64,000 nucleotides of DNA from Octopus sinensis (Eukaryota): contig NC_043007.1 in the NCBI RefSeq assembly GCF_006345805.1, positions 186,001 through 250,000 on the forward strand, given 5' to 3'. The first letter of the stretch is position 1, and every line of letters begins with the position of its first letter. The translations under genes and the position numbers were made by a program. Below the pieces are notes generated by a model, which was not told where the DNA came from, ran no database searches, and saw nothing but the letters and a program-made list of their open reading frames with translations. Shown here piece by piece: positions 27,425 to 40,356 of this stretch.

Positions 27425-28324
27425 GGATCTAGGACAATTGACCGTAAAGCATTTCGCCGTAGGACAATTCGCCGTAGGACAATTCGCCGTAAGACAATTC
27501 AACGTACAGATATTTTGCCACAAGAACATTTTGTAACAAAGCATAAGAAGAGAAGGATAGAAAATAAAAATAAAAATATTGAAGGTCCTACACTTTATAT
27601 AAAAAGTTAAGCTAGAAAACGAAAAAGCTAATATCATGTAAGTTCATTACAATTGCACGCAAATTATAAGGCGGCGAGCTGGCAGAAACGTTAGCACGCC
27701 CGACGAAATGAGTAGCCGTATTCCGTCTGCTGTTACGTTCTGAGTTCAAATTCCGCGGAGGCCGACTTTGCCTTTCATTCTTTCGGGGCCGATAAATTAA
27801 GTACCAGTTACGCTCTGGGGTCGATGTAATCGACTTAATCCGTTTGTCTGTCCTTGTTTGTCCCCTCTATGTTTAGCCCCTTGTGGATAATAAAGAAACA
27901 AATTGCACGTAAATAATGTTGCTTTTGATTGTGATCGTAACCTCTGACAATGCTTAGAATGCGTTTATAAACATCTTTGTAATTTTGTCTCTTGGTTTCT
28001 CTTCTTGTTGCATCGTTTACCTTCTTCTTAGAAAGAGATTCTTCATTTCTCAAGACATTGAGAAATGACCTTTCTCAACGACCTTTCTGATTTTAAATTA
28101 GCATTTCAGCAATTAGCGAAAATGACTGCCATAAATAATACTATTCCTTCATCTACCGTAATTAATTAACGATGCAATTTCAAGTTTCTAAGCTTTACGG
28201 CAGAATGTCCTTGCAGCGAAATACCCGTACGCCGAATTATCTTACGGCGAATGGTCCTACAGTCAATTGTTCTACGGCCAATTGTCTTACGGCGAATTTG
28301 TTTATGGCAAATTGTCCGGTCACC
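27425..28324 (-). mobile_element. Mutator-like (MULE) deletion derivative with tandemly sub-repeated TIRs
   Basis: 9-bp TSD atcttcatc (27416-27424, 28325-28333). Termini begin GG and contain arrays of ~15-bp ggacaattcgccgta units in inverted orientation. Minus strand encodes SFLNVLRNEE...YKRILSIVRGYDHNQKQHYLRAI(VMNL), like MULE transposase C-termini (Y-L-R-x-I-A-H-N). Confidence 0.8.
27665..27900 (+). mobile_element. SINE family A nested in the MULE
   Basis: TSD aattgcacg(c/t)aaat at 27651-27664 and 27901-27914. Confidence 0.9.
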
Positions 28325-28500
28325 ATCTTCATCTTCTCACACAGCTTCTTGATTCCCTTTCGTTATTTACGCACTTCTCTGGATTTGTTGATGTCAAGGC
28401 ATTAATGTTCCTACATTTAAATTATCATATACGTCTATAGGTTACAATTCTTCTTGCTGTTCCCGCCTTTCCTGGGCAAGCAAGCTTAGGTCTGGTCTAG

Positions 28501-28706
28501 TTAATCCAAACAAGAAAGCACAAAAAAACATAACAACGCGAGGACGTGGAACAAAGATAGTATTATTGGACACTCAGGAAAGAAGGATAGAAGGAGGGTT
28601 AAACGTTTCGAGCGGAATTCTTCGTCGGAAACATAGGAGAAGGAAAGATCCAGAGAAGGGAAGACAGAAGAAAAAAAAATCGCCAACGGTACACATGAGG
28701 TCACAT
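28501..28706 (-). mobile_element. Family D copy (hammerhead-like stem II disrupted)
   Basis: Collinear with 4119-4326; 11-bp TSD gtctggtctag at 28490-28500 and 28707-28717. Confidence 0.85.
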
Positions 28707-28884
28707 GTCTGGTCTAGCCCGCGTAACAGTTTGGAATCTGTGTTATTGCCATCTACACTATCAATCCAAGTTTACATCAGACCAACAGATAAGACAATAG
28801 GCCAACTTTTGGGTTTGTGGTAACGAGGAAGCTGCTGTAATTGTTTTTGTTATTGTTGCTGCAACTGTTAATCTCTTTTATCCT

Positions 28885-29100
28885 GTTCATACTCATTACT
28901 TGTTTCAGTCATTTGACTGTGGCCATGCTGGGGCACCGCCTTTAGTCGAGCAAATCGACCCCAATACTTATTCTTTGTAAGCCTAGTACATATTCTATCG
29001 GTCTCTTTTTTCCGAACCACTAAGTGATGAGGATATAAACACACCAGCATCGGTTGTCAAGCGATGTTGGGAGGACAAACACAGACACAAACATATTCAC
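28885..29100 (-). mobile_element. SINE family B, 3' half
   Basis: Tail consensus match. Confidence 0.85.
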
Positions 29101-29142
29101 ACACACACACACATATATAATAATAATAAATAATAATAATAA

Positions 29143-29352
29143 TCCATTGTACTATAGGCACAATGCCTGGATTTTTTCGGGAGGGAACTAGTCGATTGCA
29201 TCGACCCCAGTGTTTCACTGGTACTTACATTATCGACCCCGAAAGGATAAAAGGCAAAGGTCGACTTCGGCGGAATTTGAACTCAGAACGTAGCAACATG
29301 CGAAGTACTGTTAAACATTTTGCCCGGTATGCTAACGATGCTACCAGCGCGT
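29143..29352 (-). mobile_element. SINE family A2, diverged
   Basis: Core cgaccccgaaaggataaaaggcaaaggtcgacttcggcggaatttgaactcagaacg. Confidence 0.75.
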
Positions 29353-29359
29353 CGCATTA

Positions 29360-29585
<226 letters not shown>

Positions 29586-29954
29586 GATATAACATTTCCA
29601 ATTTGAATATAAAATAAAGATTTTATTTCCCAATGAAAATAGAAAAGTAACATTTTTTCATAATGAAAATACAAATTGGTAAACTGTTGCCATGGAGATT
29701 GAAGATACCATACACGTGACACGAAACACATAACATTTGTACTGAAATCTTTTCTTTTCTTTTTTCTTTTTGTACATCAATGTCGTCCATTAGTAACGTA
29801 ATAAAATATTCACAGATTACTTCTAGAATAATTCGATTTGGTTGGTTTGGGTCTGGTGGGGTTGGTGGAATCTTTAAAACATCATGCGAAGTAAAGGGTG
29901 GTCTTAAAGTCTTGTCACCCTCCTACCGAACATTAATAAGAACAATAGAAGAAC

Positions 29955-30607
29955 AAAAGAGCACTCCGTCCGTTACGACGACGAGGGTCCCAGCTGATCC
30001 GATCAACAGAGAGGTTGCTCGTGAAATTAACGTGCAAGTGGCTGAGCACTACGCAGACACGTGTGTCCTTGAAGTAGTTCTCAGGGAGATTCAGCGTGAC
30101 AAAGAATGGGACAAGGCCGGCCCTTTAAAATCCAGGTACTACTTCATGATTATAAGTTTGCGGTTTCGACTCCTGGACAGGGTACTGTATTGTGTTCTTG
30201 GGCAAAGCACTTCATTTCGCGTTTCTCTAGTCGACTTACCTGGCAAAAATGAGTATTCATGCGAGGGATCAGCATCCCTTCCAGTGAAAGGTATATCCAT
30301 CAGGAAATCCGGAAGATCGGCCCTTTGAGTCTATGGCTCGGTGAGGAGCTTTATCCTTCTATTATATTTATTATGTGCTAAATATAGGGGCCAGTCTACA
30401 TAACTCCATGAGAATATAGGGACAGATTCCCGGTTTCTCTCGTGTGTACATTCCCCACTAGACTGCACACCAGTCCGGCATGGACTGGAGCAACGTTTCA
30501 TTGAAGTGTTCATTGAAGAACACAACGTTTCCCCCGGTCCAAGAATCGAAACCCCAATCTTAAGACCATGAGTCCACCACGCTAACCACTAAGCCACGCC
30601 ATTCCAC
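29955..30607. mobile_element. SINE cluster: C tail (minus, ~29955-30140), F fragment (plus, ~30150-30345), F-like copy (minus, ~30400-30607)
   Basis: gagcactccgtc..acgacgacgagg (C tail); ttgtgttcttgggcaaagcacttcatttc (F core); gaatcgaaacc...ctaaccactaagccacgcc (F head, reverse). Confidence 0.7.
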
Positions 30608-30861
30608 TAAATATATATCTACTATAAAAAAACCCACATTGTACTAGTCATCTACTCTGGTAGGTTTTATTAACTGCCGACATTTGGAAATAAGCAATGG
30701 AATAGCTACACATGTAGGGCTCCGAAAGCAGGGGACCTAACTTACCAGCTGGAGTACATTTCCATTAGATCAATATTATCTATTTGTAACACCTTATATT
30801 AATTGGGAATGCAAAACATGTATGATTCAATTACACACACACACATATTACACACACACAC

Positions 30862-30892
<31 letters not shown>

Positions 30893-31995
30893 GAACGCAC
30901 ACACACAAACGCACACACACAAACGCGCACACACACACACACACACACTCGCTTTCTGAAAATGGACCCAATTTAAGGAGATAACGCAAAAGGAAAAGAA
31001 AGGCTTGAAAATTAAATTTTACAAGAAATTGAATTCCTTAGAGAAACTATTGCTAACACGTTTTACTAAATTACTTGCTGTAATTGCTTGATGAGTTTCC
31101 AGTAGCATATTGAAAAGAAAATATTAGTCGCTTTATCGTATCATTATACTATCGAACTGCTAACCCTTTCTCGTCGTTCGACTGTATAATGGATGGGAAA
31201 TTTAAGCTTAAAACTATTATTTTGTACTGAACGTTTTAGAGAATTGTCGAAAAGATTGCAAAAGAATAATAAACGTTTTCATTATATTCTTCCGACTACT
31301 CAATTCCAAATAACAGCATTTATATGAAAATCTGTTGCAACTGGAATTGTTATACATAGCATGGGGCCCGAGTAATAGCTGGCAAAATCCATGAAGGACT
31401 CGTAGTTTTTGTACGCTAGAGTTGGTTTATTCTGTTCTTCTGTGTCAAAAGCGAGATAAACGCAGCGTGCTCTATGTATGATTGCGAGTCGTTTTGATTT
31501 CTTTACTATGAATTCCACTGCATTCTACTGCACGTGTTGTGAATGCAAGGATGCTGCATTTAACCTTTCGTAAGTAATTTTATGCTTTATGTGTGTGCTG
31601 TGTATGTGTGCGTTTATATTGTTGGAAATATGTGATATCCTCTCGCGCTACTTGCAAGACAGGAAGCCATGGATTTTACAGATGCTGTATTGTGCTGTTA
31701 GATCCAAGTTTCATTGTGATTTGCTTAAGATTTGAATAGTTATGCAACCGTCACTAGAATGCAGTAGGCGGATGTATATGAATGTGATGTTTATAAGCAC
31801 ATGAGGGGTTTTATAAGCTTTGTGAAGATGCGAGAATGCTGAATAGGTGTAGGTTAAAATATTTAGGTGATATTTCGTTTGTGGGAAGTTGCAAATTTTG
31901 GATGCGTTATTCTGCATGGCCAGGAAATAATTTTGTTTTTACTTTTGGAAAAAAACAGGAAGGAATATGTATATAGGTATAGGTTGCATATTTTG

Positions 31996-32225
31996 AGGGT
32001 GGGGAGCTGGCAGAATCGTTAGCACGCTGAGCGAAATGCTTGGCGGTATTTCGTCTGCCGTTACGTTCTGAGTTCAAATTCCGCCGAGGTCGACTTTGCC
32101 TTTCATCGTTTCGGGATCGATCAAATAAGTACCAGTTACACACTGGGGTCGATATAATCGACTTAATCCGTTTGTCTGTCTTTGTTTGTCCTCGATGTGT
32201 TTAGCCCCTTGTGGGTAGTAAAGAA
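31996..32225 (+). mobile_element. SINE family A
   Basis: TSD ataggtataggtt(gca/acc)tattttg at ~31973-31995 and 32226-32248. Confidence 0.88.
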
Positions 32226-32404
32226 ATAGGTATAGGTTACCTATTTTGTGATCGAGGGAGCAGCGAGGAATAGAACTGATATTAGTGGTATATTGGATGA
32301 TGCGTTTAGAGAAAATTTCATCAGAGCTGTGGCATTTATTTTGTAGTGTTCTGAATGTACGAAAATTGAAGAGATTCTCAGGTTTGTTTGTAATACATTG
32401 GATA

Positions 32405-32560
32405 TAGAAGGCGTGTGGTTTAGTGGTTAGGCTGTTGCACTCACGACCTCACAATCGTGGTTTCAATTCTCCAACCGGGCTATGCGTTGTGATTTTCAGC
32501 AAAAATCCCCATCACACGTTATTCTGTGATCACTTCGAAATCTGCCTGGTACACCGTAAC
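32405..32560 (+). mobile_element. SINE family F-like head, diverged
   Basis: ggcgtgtggtttagtggttagg...gtggtttcaattc. Confidence 0.6.
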
Positions 32561-33804
32561 CAGGTTCAGCCAATATCGATTTAATAGTGGCTGTGGACTA
32601 ATGTACACGCAACATAAATACATCATCTGTGCTGATTGTTCTGCAAGGGCCCTCATCTGCGTTTACGACAGGGTAGTCCACAAATACGTAGGAATTGTCT
32701 TTCTGGGATTGTCTATGCTATGTACAAAGTTTTATACAAGACATGTATGGTGTTGCTTCAGGTAAATCTTTCAATTTGTGAAGAATTTATTCTTTTTATT
32801 TCCACAGTCTCCAGATTGCGTAATGTTGATATAATTAACTAAAAATGTTAATGAGTGCAGTGATTTAGATGAAACCCTCGGCGCATTCGGTGTTTCTAAT
32901 TTTGGGTCCCTGGAGGCTTTTGAGATTTTAAATTTCCCAAATGCATTTCTGATGCATGCAACAAAGGACTGGATAAGAGGCAGAAAATGCCGTCGCTTAA
33001 TTTGAAAGTGCGTGTCGTGCATTTATTTTACTGCCATTGTGCGGGATTTAGTTGATAATGTGTGAAAAGTGTTGATAATTGAATTCTCTTGCTGTTGGCA
33101 TACGGGTATGTAATTGCAGGTTGCTACGTGAGGTGTTATTTGAGATAGTTTAGAGTTGATGATGTTACTGTTAATTACATGGGCTTTTATCTGCGTCCTT
33201 TCACAGGTTTATATTACAAATGCTTATCAAAAATCCGGTTGTATCAACTCGTATTTTTAGTCATTAGCTTCTGGTGCAGCGGGCTTCCTTGAACATCAAA
33301 TATCTTTTCTGCACTACGAAGTCCAGTCAATTTCTATATCACTGCTGTTCGATCAGGACTGATCTAGAAGGTGATTGAACTTTGCGTGTTTCAAGAAATT
33401 GTCTTTCTATGTACATCGATGCCTGATGACGACGACGATGATGATGATGGGCTGTTGGTCGTACAGGAACAATTTCCCATGGGTTCGTGGTTGCTAGTTA
33501 TGCTGAGCAGAAAGTGATATCAACCTTGGGAGTTGATGTGGCAGTGGTCGTATCGGTGTCGGTATATTTAGAATATAAAGTAGCTTCAGTTATAATACCA
33601 TTGTGTCTTTTCTCTTATCATATGTTTATATTACAAATGCTTGTCAAATACCAGTTGTATCAACTCTGTATCTTTATTTTATTAGTTTCTTGTTCATTCA
33701 TTTCAAGATCAAGCCTAAACCTATTTTGTTATTCTTGTTGTTATAATCTAAAAGTAGCTTGAACTTTATCGTGTGGCTCTATGATTCAGAGCATTCTGGG
33801 ACCA

Positions 33805-34463
33805 ATATGATGATGACCTGTTTGAAAAGGTAATCAAATGGGAGAACACGGGTTTTGTTTATGTAGAGGGTGAGGACGAAAATAAACGAGGAGGTGATAT
33901 TAATTAACAGAACAGTAAAAGATGGAAAGAGAGAAGCACAACGGGGATTATGAACTGTTGAAGGTTGACTTGGATAAGGCGGCGAGCTGGCAGAAACGTT
34001 AGCACGCCGGGCGTTGTGCTTAGCGGTATTTCGTCTGCCACTACGTTCTGAGTTCAAATTCCGCCGAGGTCGACTTTGCCTTTCATCCTTTCGGGGTCGA
34101 TAAATTAAGTACCAGTTACGCACTGGAGTCGATGTAATCGACTTAATCCGTTTGTCTCCTTGTTTGTCCTGTCTGTGGGTAGTAAAGAAATAGGTTGACC
34201 TGGACAAGGAAAGGCTTCCAAGGAATATAGATTTCATAAAACTGAAAAAGAAGTATGACATAGGCTTAATAGAGAGCAGGAGAAAGGAAGCAAGTGGTGT
34301 TACTCGATGGGGCAGGTAACACCATTTTCATTTTTACATTATTTCATCTTTCATTGTATCATACGCTTCATTTTATTTTATTTTGTTTATAATTGTTGTA
34401 TGTCCCCAATGTAATGTATGTCCCTTTATGTTGACCCTTTATGGGTAATAAAAAAACAGATCT
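33805..34463 (+). mobile_element. Probable 5'-truncated LINE 3' end (clade uncertain), interrupted by a SINE A
   Basis: 17-bp direct repeats agagcattctg(g/t)gacca at 33788-33804 and 34464-34480. Purine-rich degenerate segment, then a T-rich tract ending gggtaataaaaaaac. Confidence 0.5.
33976..34191 (+). mobile_element. SINE family A nested in the putative LINE fragment
   Basis: TSD aggttgac(t/c)tgga(t/c)aagg at 33962-33979 and 34192-34209. Confidence 0.9.
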
Positions 34464-34749
34464 AGAGCATTCTGTGACCATCCAATGAGGGACATTTTAT
34501 AGAAGTGTATGGTTGTGCTTTGGAACAATTTTCTGGTTAACTGTAGGCTGAGGGGGCACATGAACGAGCTCACATTGTCTCGTCCTTGTATTTAGTACTT
34601 TGATCGAGATTATGCCTAAATTTTATCAAACTGGTTGTTTGGGGCAGATTATTATGTGTCTGTACTTTTATATTGTCTTTTGGAATACAATCGGCATTTT
34701 TAGAAAAATATCTGCGATTATTTATTATATTTTCTTTCTCTTTTTTTTT

Positions 34750-35051
34750 GCCCTTTTCAAGCCTAGCCAGACTCACGGGCCCAGTTTCCCGGTTTCTGTG
34801 GCGTATGTGTCCCCACCCAGCTGGACGGGATGCCAATCCATCGCAGCATTACTCAAGAAACAGGAAGAGAGAGTGAGAGAAAGTTGTGGCAAAAGAGTAC
34901 AACAGGGGTCGCCACCACCCCCTGCCAGAGCAGGTGGAGCTTTAATGTGTTTTCACTCAATAAACACACACAACGCCCGGTCTGGGAATCGAAACCGCGA
35001 TCCTCCGACCGTGAGTCCGCTGTCCTAACAGCCGGGCCATTGCGCCTCCAC
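34750..35051 (-). mobile_element. Chimeric SINE: C head and body + F tail
   Basis: Head matches 25107/37348; 34750-34850 matches the tail of the F copy at 43230-43493. Confidence 0.75.
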
Positions 35052-35534
35052 ATTTATTATATTTTGGCATATTTAAATATTTTTGATGCATGTTCGTACG
35101 ATATTTCGATGCTTCTACCACACGCTGTATTATTTACGCTGGTGATTTTAGTGCAGCGGGCTTCCTTGAACATCAAATATCTTTTCTGCACTACGAAGTC
35201 CAGTCAATTTCTATATCACTGCTGTTCGATCAGGACTGATCTAGAAGGTGATTGAACTTTGCGTGTTTCAAGAAATTGTCTTTCTATGTACATCGATGCC
35301 TGATGACGACGACGATGATGATGATGGGCTGTTGGTCGTACAGGAACAATTTCCCATGGGTTCCTGGTTGCTAGTTATGCTGAGCAGAAAGTGATATCAA
35401 CCTTGGGAGTTGATGTGGCAGTGGTCGTATCGGTGTCGGTATATTTAGAATATAAAGTAGCTTCAGTTACAATACCATTGTGTCTTTTCTTTTATCATGT
35501 TTTAGCGTAATGAGGTATTGTAGAAGGAATAAAC

Positions 35535-35573
35535 AACATGGCGGGACACTTGTTAAAGATGGCGACCGTAAAT
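35535..35573 (+). promoter_or_regulatory. Two tandem YY1-like motifs (AACATGGCGG, AAGATGGCGA); possible TSS or first exon
   Basis: Two AANATGGCG matches 21 bp apart, in frame (ATG GCG GGA CAC TTG TTA AAG ATG GCG ACC), followed by a donor-like gtaaat. Motif evidence only. Confidence 0.3.
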
Positions 35574-35728
35574 ATATATATACACGCACACACACACACA
35601 CATGCATGAGAGTATTTGGTTAATGCGTTCCGTGTTGTTGACTTCTATTTTCAGTTGATGTATTTTTAGTGTGATGTCATACAATGTAAGAGTGAACTTG
35701 GTGGGTATTGGTGGAATCTATCTATCTA

Positions 35729-35804
<76 letters not shown>

Positions 35805-35861
35805 CCTGTCCATCCGTCTGTCTGTCTGTCTATCTATCTATCGATCTACCTACTTGTCTAC

Positions 35862-35932
<71 letters not shown>

Positions 35933-36013
35933 CACACATATATGTGCATATATAGGTATATATAAATGTATATTTATATATACACACACATACACATTAT
36001 ATATAAACATACG

Positions 36014-36091
<78 letters not shown>

Positions 36092-36539
36092 CGTGTGTGT
36101 ATATATATTGGATACTTAATTCCATGCATTGTACGAGGTCTCCCCAGCGGTTCATTATGTATTGCGTTATCGGAGCGTGTTTGGCATTTGTGATGTTCTG
36201 CGTTGGGATTGCATCGTTGATCGATATATTGATGCTCTGCTTCCTATTATATCAGCCCAAGAGAGGTATCTACCTCTCTTTCCACGGCTAGCATCTCTCA
36301 GAGGCACCGTAAAAAGGTCACGGCTGTTGCTCTTACGGTTCTAACCATGCCATAAATTAAATATATCGTTTCAGGCTACATCTGTACTGGTACATGCTGC
36401 TTGAAACTTCCCCATATACACATATATACGTGTGTGTGTGTGTGCTTTTAGTATGCGTGTGTGTGTATTTGTGGGTTAGTTGTATGTGTGTATGTTTACG
36501 TGTGTGCTTCTTGTGTGTTTAAGTGATTCTGTGTCTATA

Positions 36540-36942
36540 GGCGGCGAGCTGGCAGAAACGTTAGCACGCCGGGCGAAATGCGTAGCCATATTTCGTCTGC
36601 CGCTACGTTCTGAGTTCAAATCCGGCCGAGGCCGACTTTGCCTTTCATCCTTTCGGGGTCGATAAGTTAAGTAACAGTTACGCACGGGGTCGATGTAATG
36701 TCTGTCCTTGTTTGTCCCCTCTGTGTTTAGCTCCTTGTGGGTAGTAAAGAAATAGGTATTTCGTCTGCCGCTATGTTATGAGTTCAAATTCCGCCGAGGC
36801 CGACTTTACCTTTCATCCTTTCGGGGGTCGATAAATTAAGTACCAGTTACGAACTGGGGTCGATGTAATCGACTTAATCCGTTTGTCTGTCCTTGTTTGT
36901 CCCCTCTGTGTTTAGCCCCTTGTGAGCAATAAAGAAATATAT
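36540..36942 (+). mobile_element. SINE A dimer
   Basis: Junction aaatag|gtatttcgtc near 36755; one TSD gtgatt(c/t)tgtgtctata (36523-36539, 36943-36959) spans both units. Confidence 0.9.
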
Positions 36943-37347
36943 GTGATTTTGTGTCTATACGTAAATGCGTTTTTGGTTGGCCTATACAAGCACCATTGCC
37001 ATATATATGATTGGGGGAAGTTACAAGTTACCAGATGTTTGAGCGGAGGTTCAAAATTCGCTATTGCTGCATTATTTCTTCTCATTATTTTAATTGATAG
37101 AATTAAGACGGGAACCCGGCAAAATAGTAGCGCTTGGAGAAAATGTGCGCAGCTGTATTTATCTCGGCTCTTCATGTTCTGTTTTAAAATATGGATGAGT
37201 TCAGCTTTGCTATTCATCCCTCCATATTGTATTGTACCTGTCAAATACTGGAATTAAGGATATCCACTAAGGCCCTACTTTTTAAAACTGCTGGCGTTGT
37301 GAGGAAATCAGTTACGCTTTTAATTAATAAAAGTATATCTTCCATTA

Positions 37348-37830
37348 GTGGAGGCGCAATGGCCCACTGGTTAGTCAGCGGACTTGCGGTCGTGGGATCG
37401 CGGTTTCGATTTCCAAACCGGGCATTGTGAGTGTTTATTGAGCGAAAACGCCTAAAGCTCCACGGCAGGGGGTGGTGGTGAACCCTGCTGTACTCTTTCA
37501 CCACAACCTTCTCTCACACTTTCTCCCTGTTTCTTTTGTACCTATACTTCAAAGGGCTTGCCTTGTCACACTCTGTGTCACGCTGAATCTCCCCGAGAAC
37601 TACTTTAAGAGTACACGTGTCTGTGGATTGCTCAGCCACTTGCACGTTGATAAATGAGTTGCGACGTCACTGGTGCCCTTGGATAACACTAGTAGCATGG
37701 ATAGGGGAGGCTGGTATGAGTGGGCGACTGCTGGTCTTCCATAAACCACCTTGCTCGATATGTGCCTCGGAGGGTAACTTTCTAGGAGCAATCCCATGGT
37801 CAGTCATGAATGAAGGTGATCACAACAATA
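37348..37830 (+). mobile_element. Chimeric or abutting SINE: C head and body + G tail
   Basis: C consensus to ~37655, then gagttgcgacgtcac...aatcccatggtcagtcatga matching the tail of 40781-41117. Confidence 0.75.
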
Positions 37831-38800
37831 TTCCATCACCTCTTCACCTGGTTGGAAGTCTTACCCAAGTTCAATTTGTTTTCCATCATTCAGGTTTTGT
37901 TAAACAAAATACCAGTGAATTATTAGGGTCAATTTGTTCGATTACTACCAGCCTTAATACAAATAGCCGCCATAGGAGTTCTTTCTAGAAGGAGGCTTTT
38001 ATTTCACCCGCTTAACGATAGAACAAAACAAAACAGTGCTCCTATGTTAAATGTTTCTATTGTTTTTGTTGTTTTTTAGCACGTCATTCGTCTGAAGTGG
38101 ATGATAGATGAATTTCTCTCAGTAGGCACCCTGTCTTTTTCTCGGTTATGGCCTTAATAGATCTAAGGCTATAATATCTACTGTGATTTCACCGTTTTTA
38201 GGACGGTTGTGTTGTGATTTTGTTCGTTGTTGCGTACAAAATAATCTTAACATAATTAGAATTATCAAATTTCACTAAGCATTAAAGCAACAGGAGAAAA
38301 CACGGGCAATTAGCAGGACTTTTGAGTCGTAAAGTCAAGTAGATGCAACATGTAGTAGCTTAGTAGAAACAAAGCAACGTTTGTTCATAGTTGATACTTT
38401 TCAAGGCATTTTGTTTATGTGTTCTTTTGCACCATTAACGTGCATTTTCGTTCATGTCTTTAATTGCATTCGAAGGAATTCTCGAAGAAAATCTCAGTTC
38501 CACGGAAGTTGAAAAAATTTACACTGTTTTATGTTGAGAATATTTATAAGAAATAGACTTATTTCATTTCTTAGGTGAAATTAATTAAAAGAAAATGAAG
38601 TCAGCTACAACCAGGGAATTAACAAATTGATTCGGAGCTAATAACAATTATTGAATTTCCATTAAGAATTTCCCTTGTCGTTAATTTAAGTGGAAAGAGG
38701 AAGTTAGGTGAATGGGAAGATCCTAAGGCAAGCAGTCGATGTGGTGTGCAGTGAGTGGCATAATAAGCAACAGTGTGAGAGACAAGAGACGTAAATGGAG

Positions 38801-38842
<42 letters not shown>

Positions 38843-39826
38843 TGATAGGAGAGAAATGATAAACAGGGGAACGAAAGGGTTGGAGGAAGAGGCAAAATAG
38901 GAAAGTGTCTGGCTAGTAGTGTATGTATGTATGTATGTATGTATGCTTGAACGCGTCTGTGTTTCATTGTGAGCATACGTGAAGGGAAAGAAGTAGCTAA
39001 ATAAAAGGTGGAAAGATCACGTATAACAAAGAGAACCGAAGAGACAGTAGCGGTGGTGGTAGTGGTATGAGTATCAGGACAATGTATCATAGAGGGTGTG
39101 TTAGAAAAAAGTGAAAACAAATGTTAAAGGAATGAAATCTATAAAGGATGGGAAAATAGAGACAAAAAAAAAAGCAACAACAGCTGAAATTTTAAAGTAG
39201 GAAAGGAAAGCAAATGCGATAAGAATATATAATGTAAAAGAAAGGAAAGAACTGGCGGAATCGAATACATTAAGGAATGGAATTAAAAGAAAAAAAATAA
39301 CAGGAAACCGTTTTTGTAAGAAGCTTTTATACAATTAATTAAGTGATTAATGCGTGCAGCGTTAGATAATTTAATAATTATTTATTACATGAAAAGGTTT
39401 TAGCTGTAGCAATGTCATGCACAAATTATACGATATATTTTGCGATATCTAATCCTGTCGTGTTATGCGTTTCCAAAGGATTTTGGTAAATGAAGGTACC
39501 AAGAAGAATTTTGGATCTCATTAGTTGTAATTTTCCTTGACAATGATGAAAGAAAAAAATCATTATAATTACAAAATGACAGCATATTTCATAAATCTCT
39601 TCTAACAAAAGGAGGAAATAGTTAAAAAAAAATATTCCAAAAGTTCTTCCTAGTTTGTGAACTATAAATGTACTTCTGCCATGAAATCTACGAGTGGTGA
39701 GAAACATCTTTAAGAGAAATCTTTAAATCTAGCTATAAATTTAATTTAAGGTGTGTGGCCGATGGCGAAGAAGTCTTTAATTATTCATTAGCACGTCTCT
39801 ATTATATATATATATATATATATATA

Positions 39827-39964
39827 TTTTATTGATTGTTCCGTGATGTTCGGTCAAAGTTATTTACTCTATGTATATATATATATATATATATATATCT
39901 ATATATATATATATATATATACAGTAAATAACTCTGACCGAACATCACGGAACAATCAATAAAA
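39827..39964. repeat. 42-bp inverted repeat around (TA)n
   Basis: ttttattgattgttccgtgatgttcggtcaaagttatttact (39827-39868) versus its reverse complement at 39923-39964, one mismatch. Confidence 0.95.
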
Positions 39965-40140
39965 TGTCTTATCGTTAATTATATGTAAGTTCGATTCTTA
40001 CTCACGACCGTCAGTTTTATTTTTTTATAACTTATTTTTGATATCAACTGATTGATATCAGTCTTTCAGGTTCAGTTATACGCTTTCAGTTATAAGCTTC
40101 ACTTGCAATACATACATACATACATACATACATACATACA

Positions 40141-40171
<31 letters not shown>

Positions 40172-40356
40172 GTACGTACGTACATACATACGTATATACA
40201 TACATACGTATATATAGATATAGTCTGTCAAGAACGTATTCGAGTACAAATAGAGCTTCTTCACCCTTAGAATTCCCAAATAGCCGGTAATGTTAGGATA
40301 GTATGCTACCAATTCTAGTCTTAGGTATTCCTCGTGCGTGAAAATAAAAAGTGAAA

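Larger units (their letters stand above)
33274..35498. repeat. Direct duplication of ~348 bp (33274-33621 and 35151-35498)
   Basis: Copies nearly identical (about 3-4 differences seen); 33207-33258 is also echoed at 33624-33676. Confidence 0.92.

Noticed and set aside
27430-27500. CRISPR-like short repeats (ggacaattcgccgta)
   Set aside because: No spacers; mirrored at 28230-28320 as transposon TIR sub-repeats in eukaryotic DNA.
30747-30790. Minus-strand 34-nt micro-exon candidate before gtaagt
   Set aside because: Weak acceptor; such motifs are expected by chance in 64 kb.
32648-32761. 114-nt candidate exon ending CAG|gtaaat
   Set aside because: Several alternative acceptors and frames, none with recognisable homology; the next acceptor would give only a ~45-nt intron.
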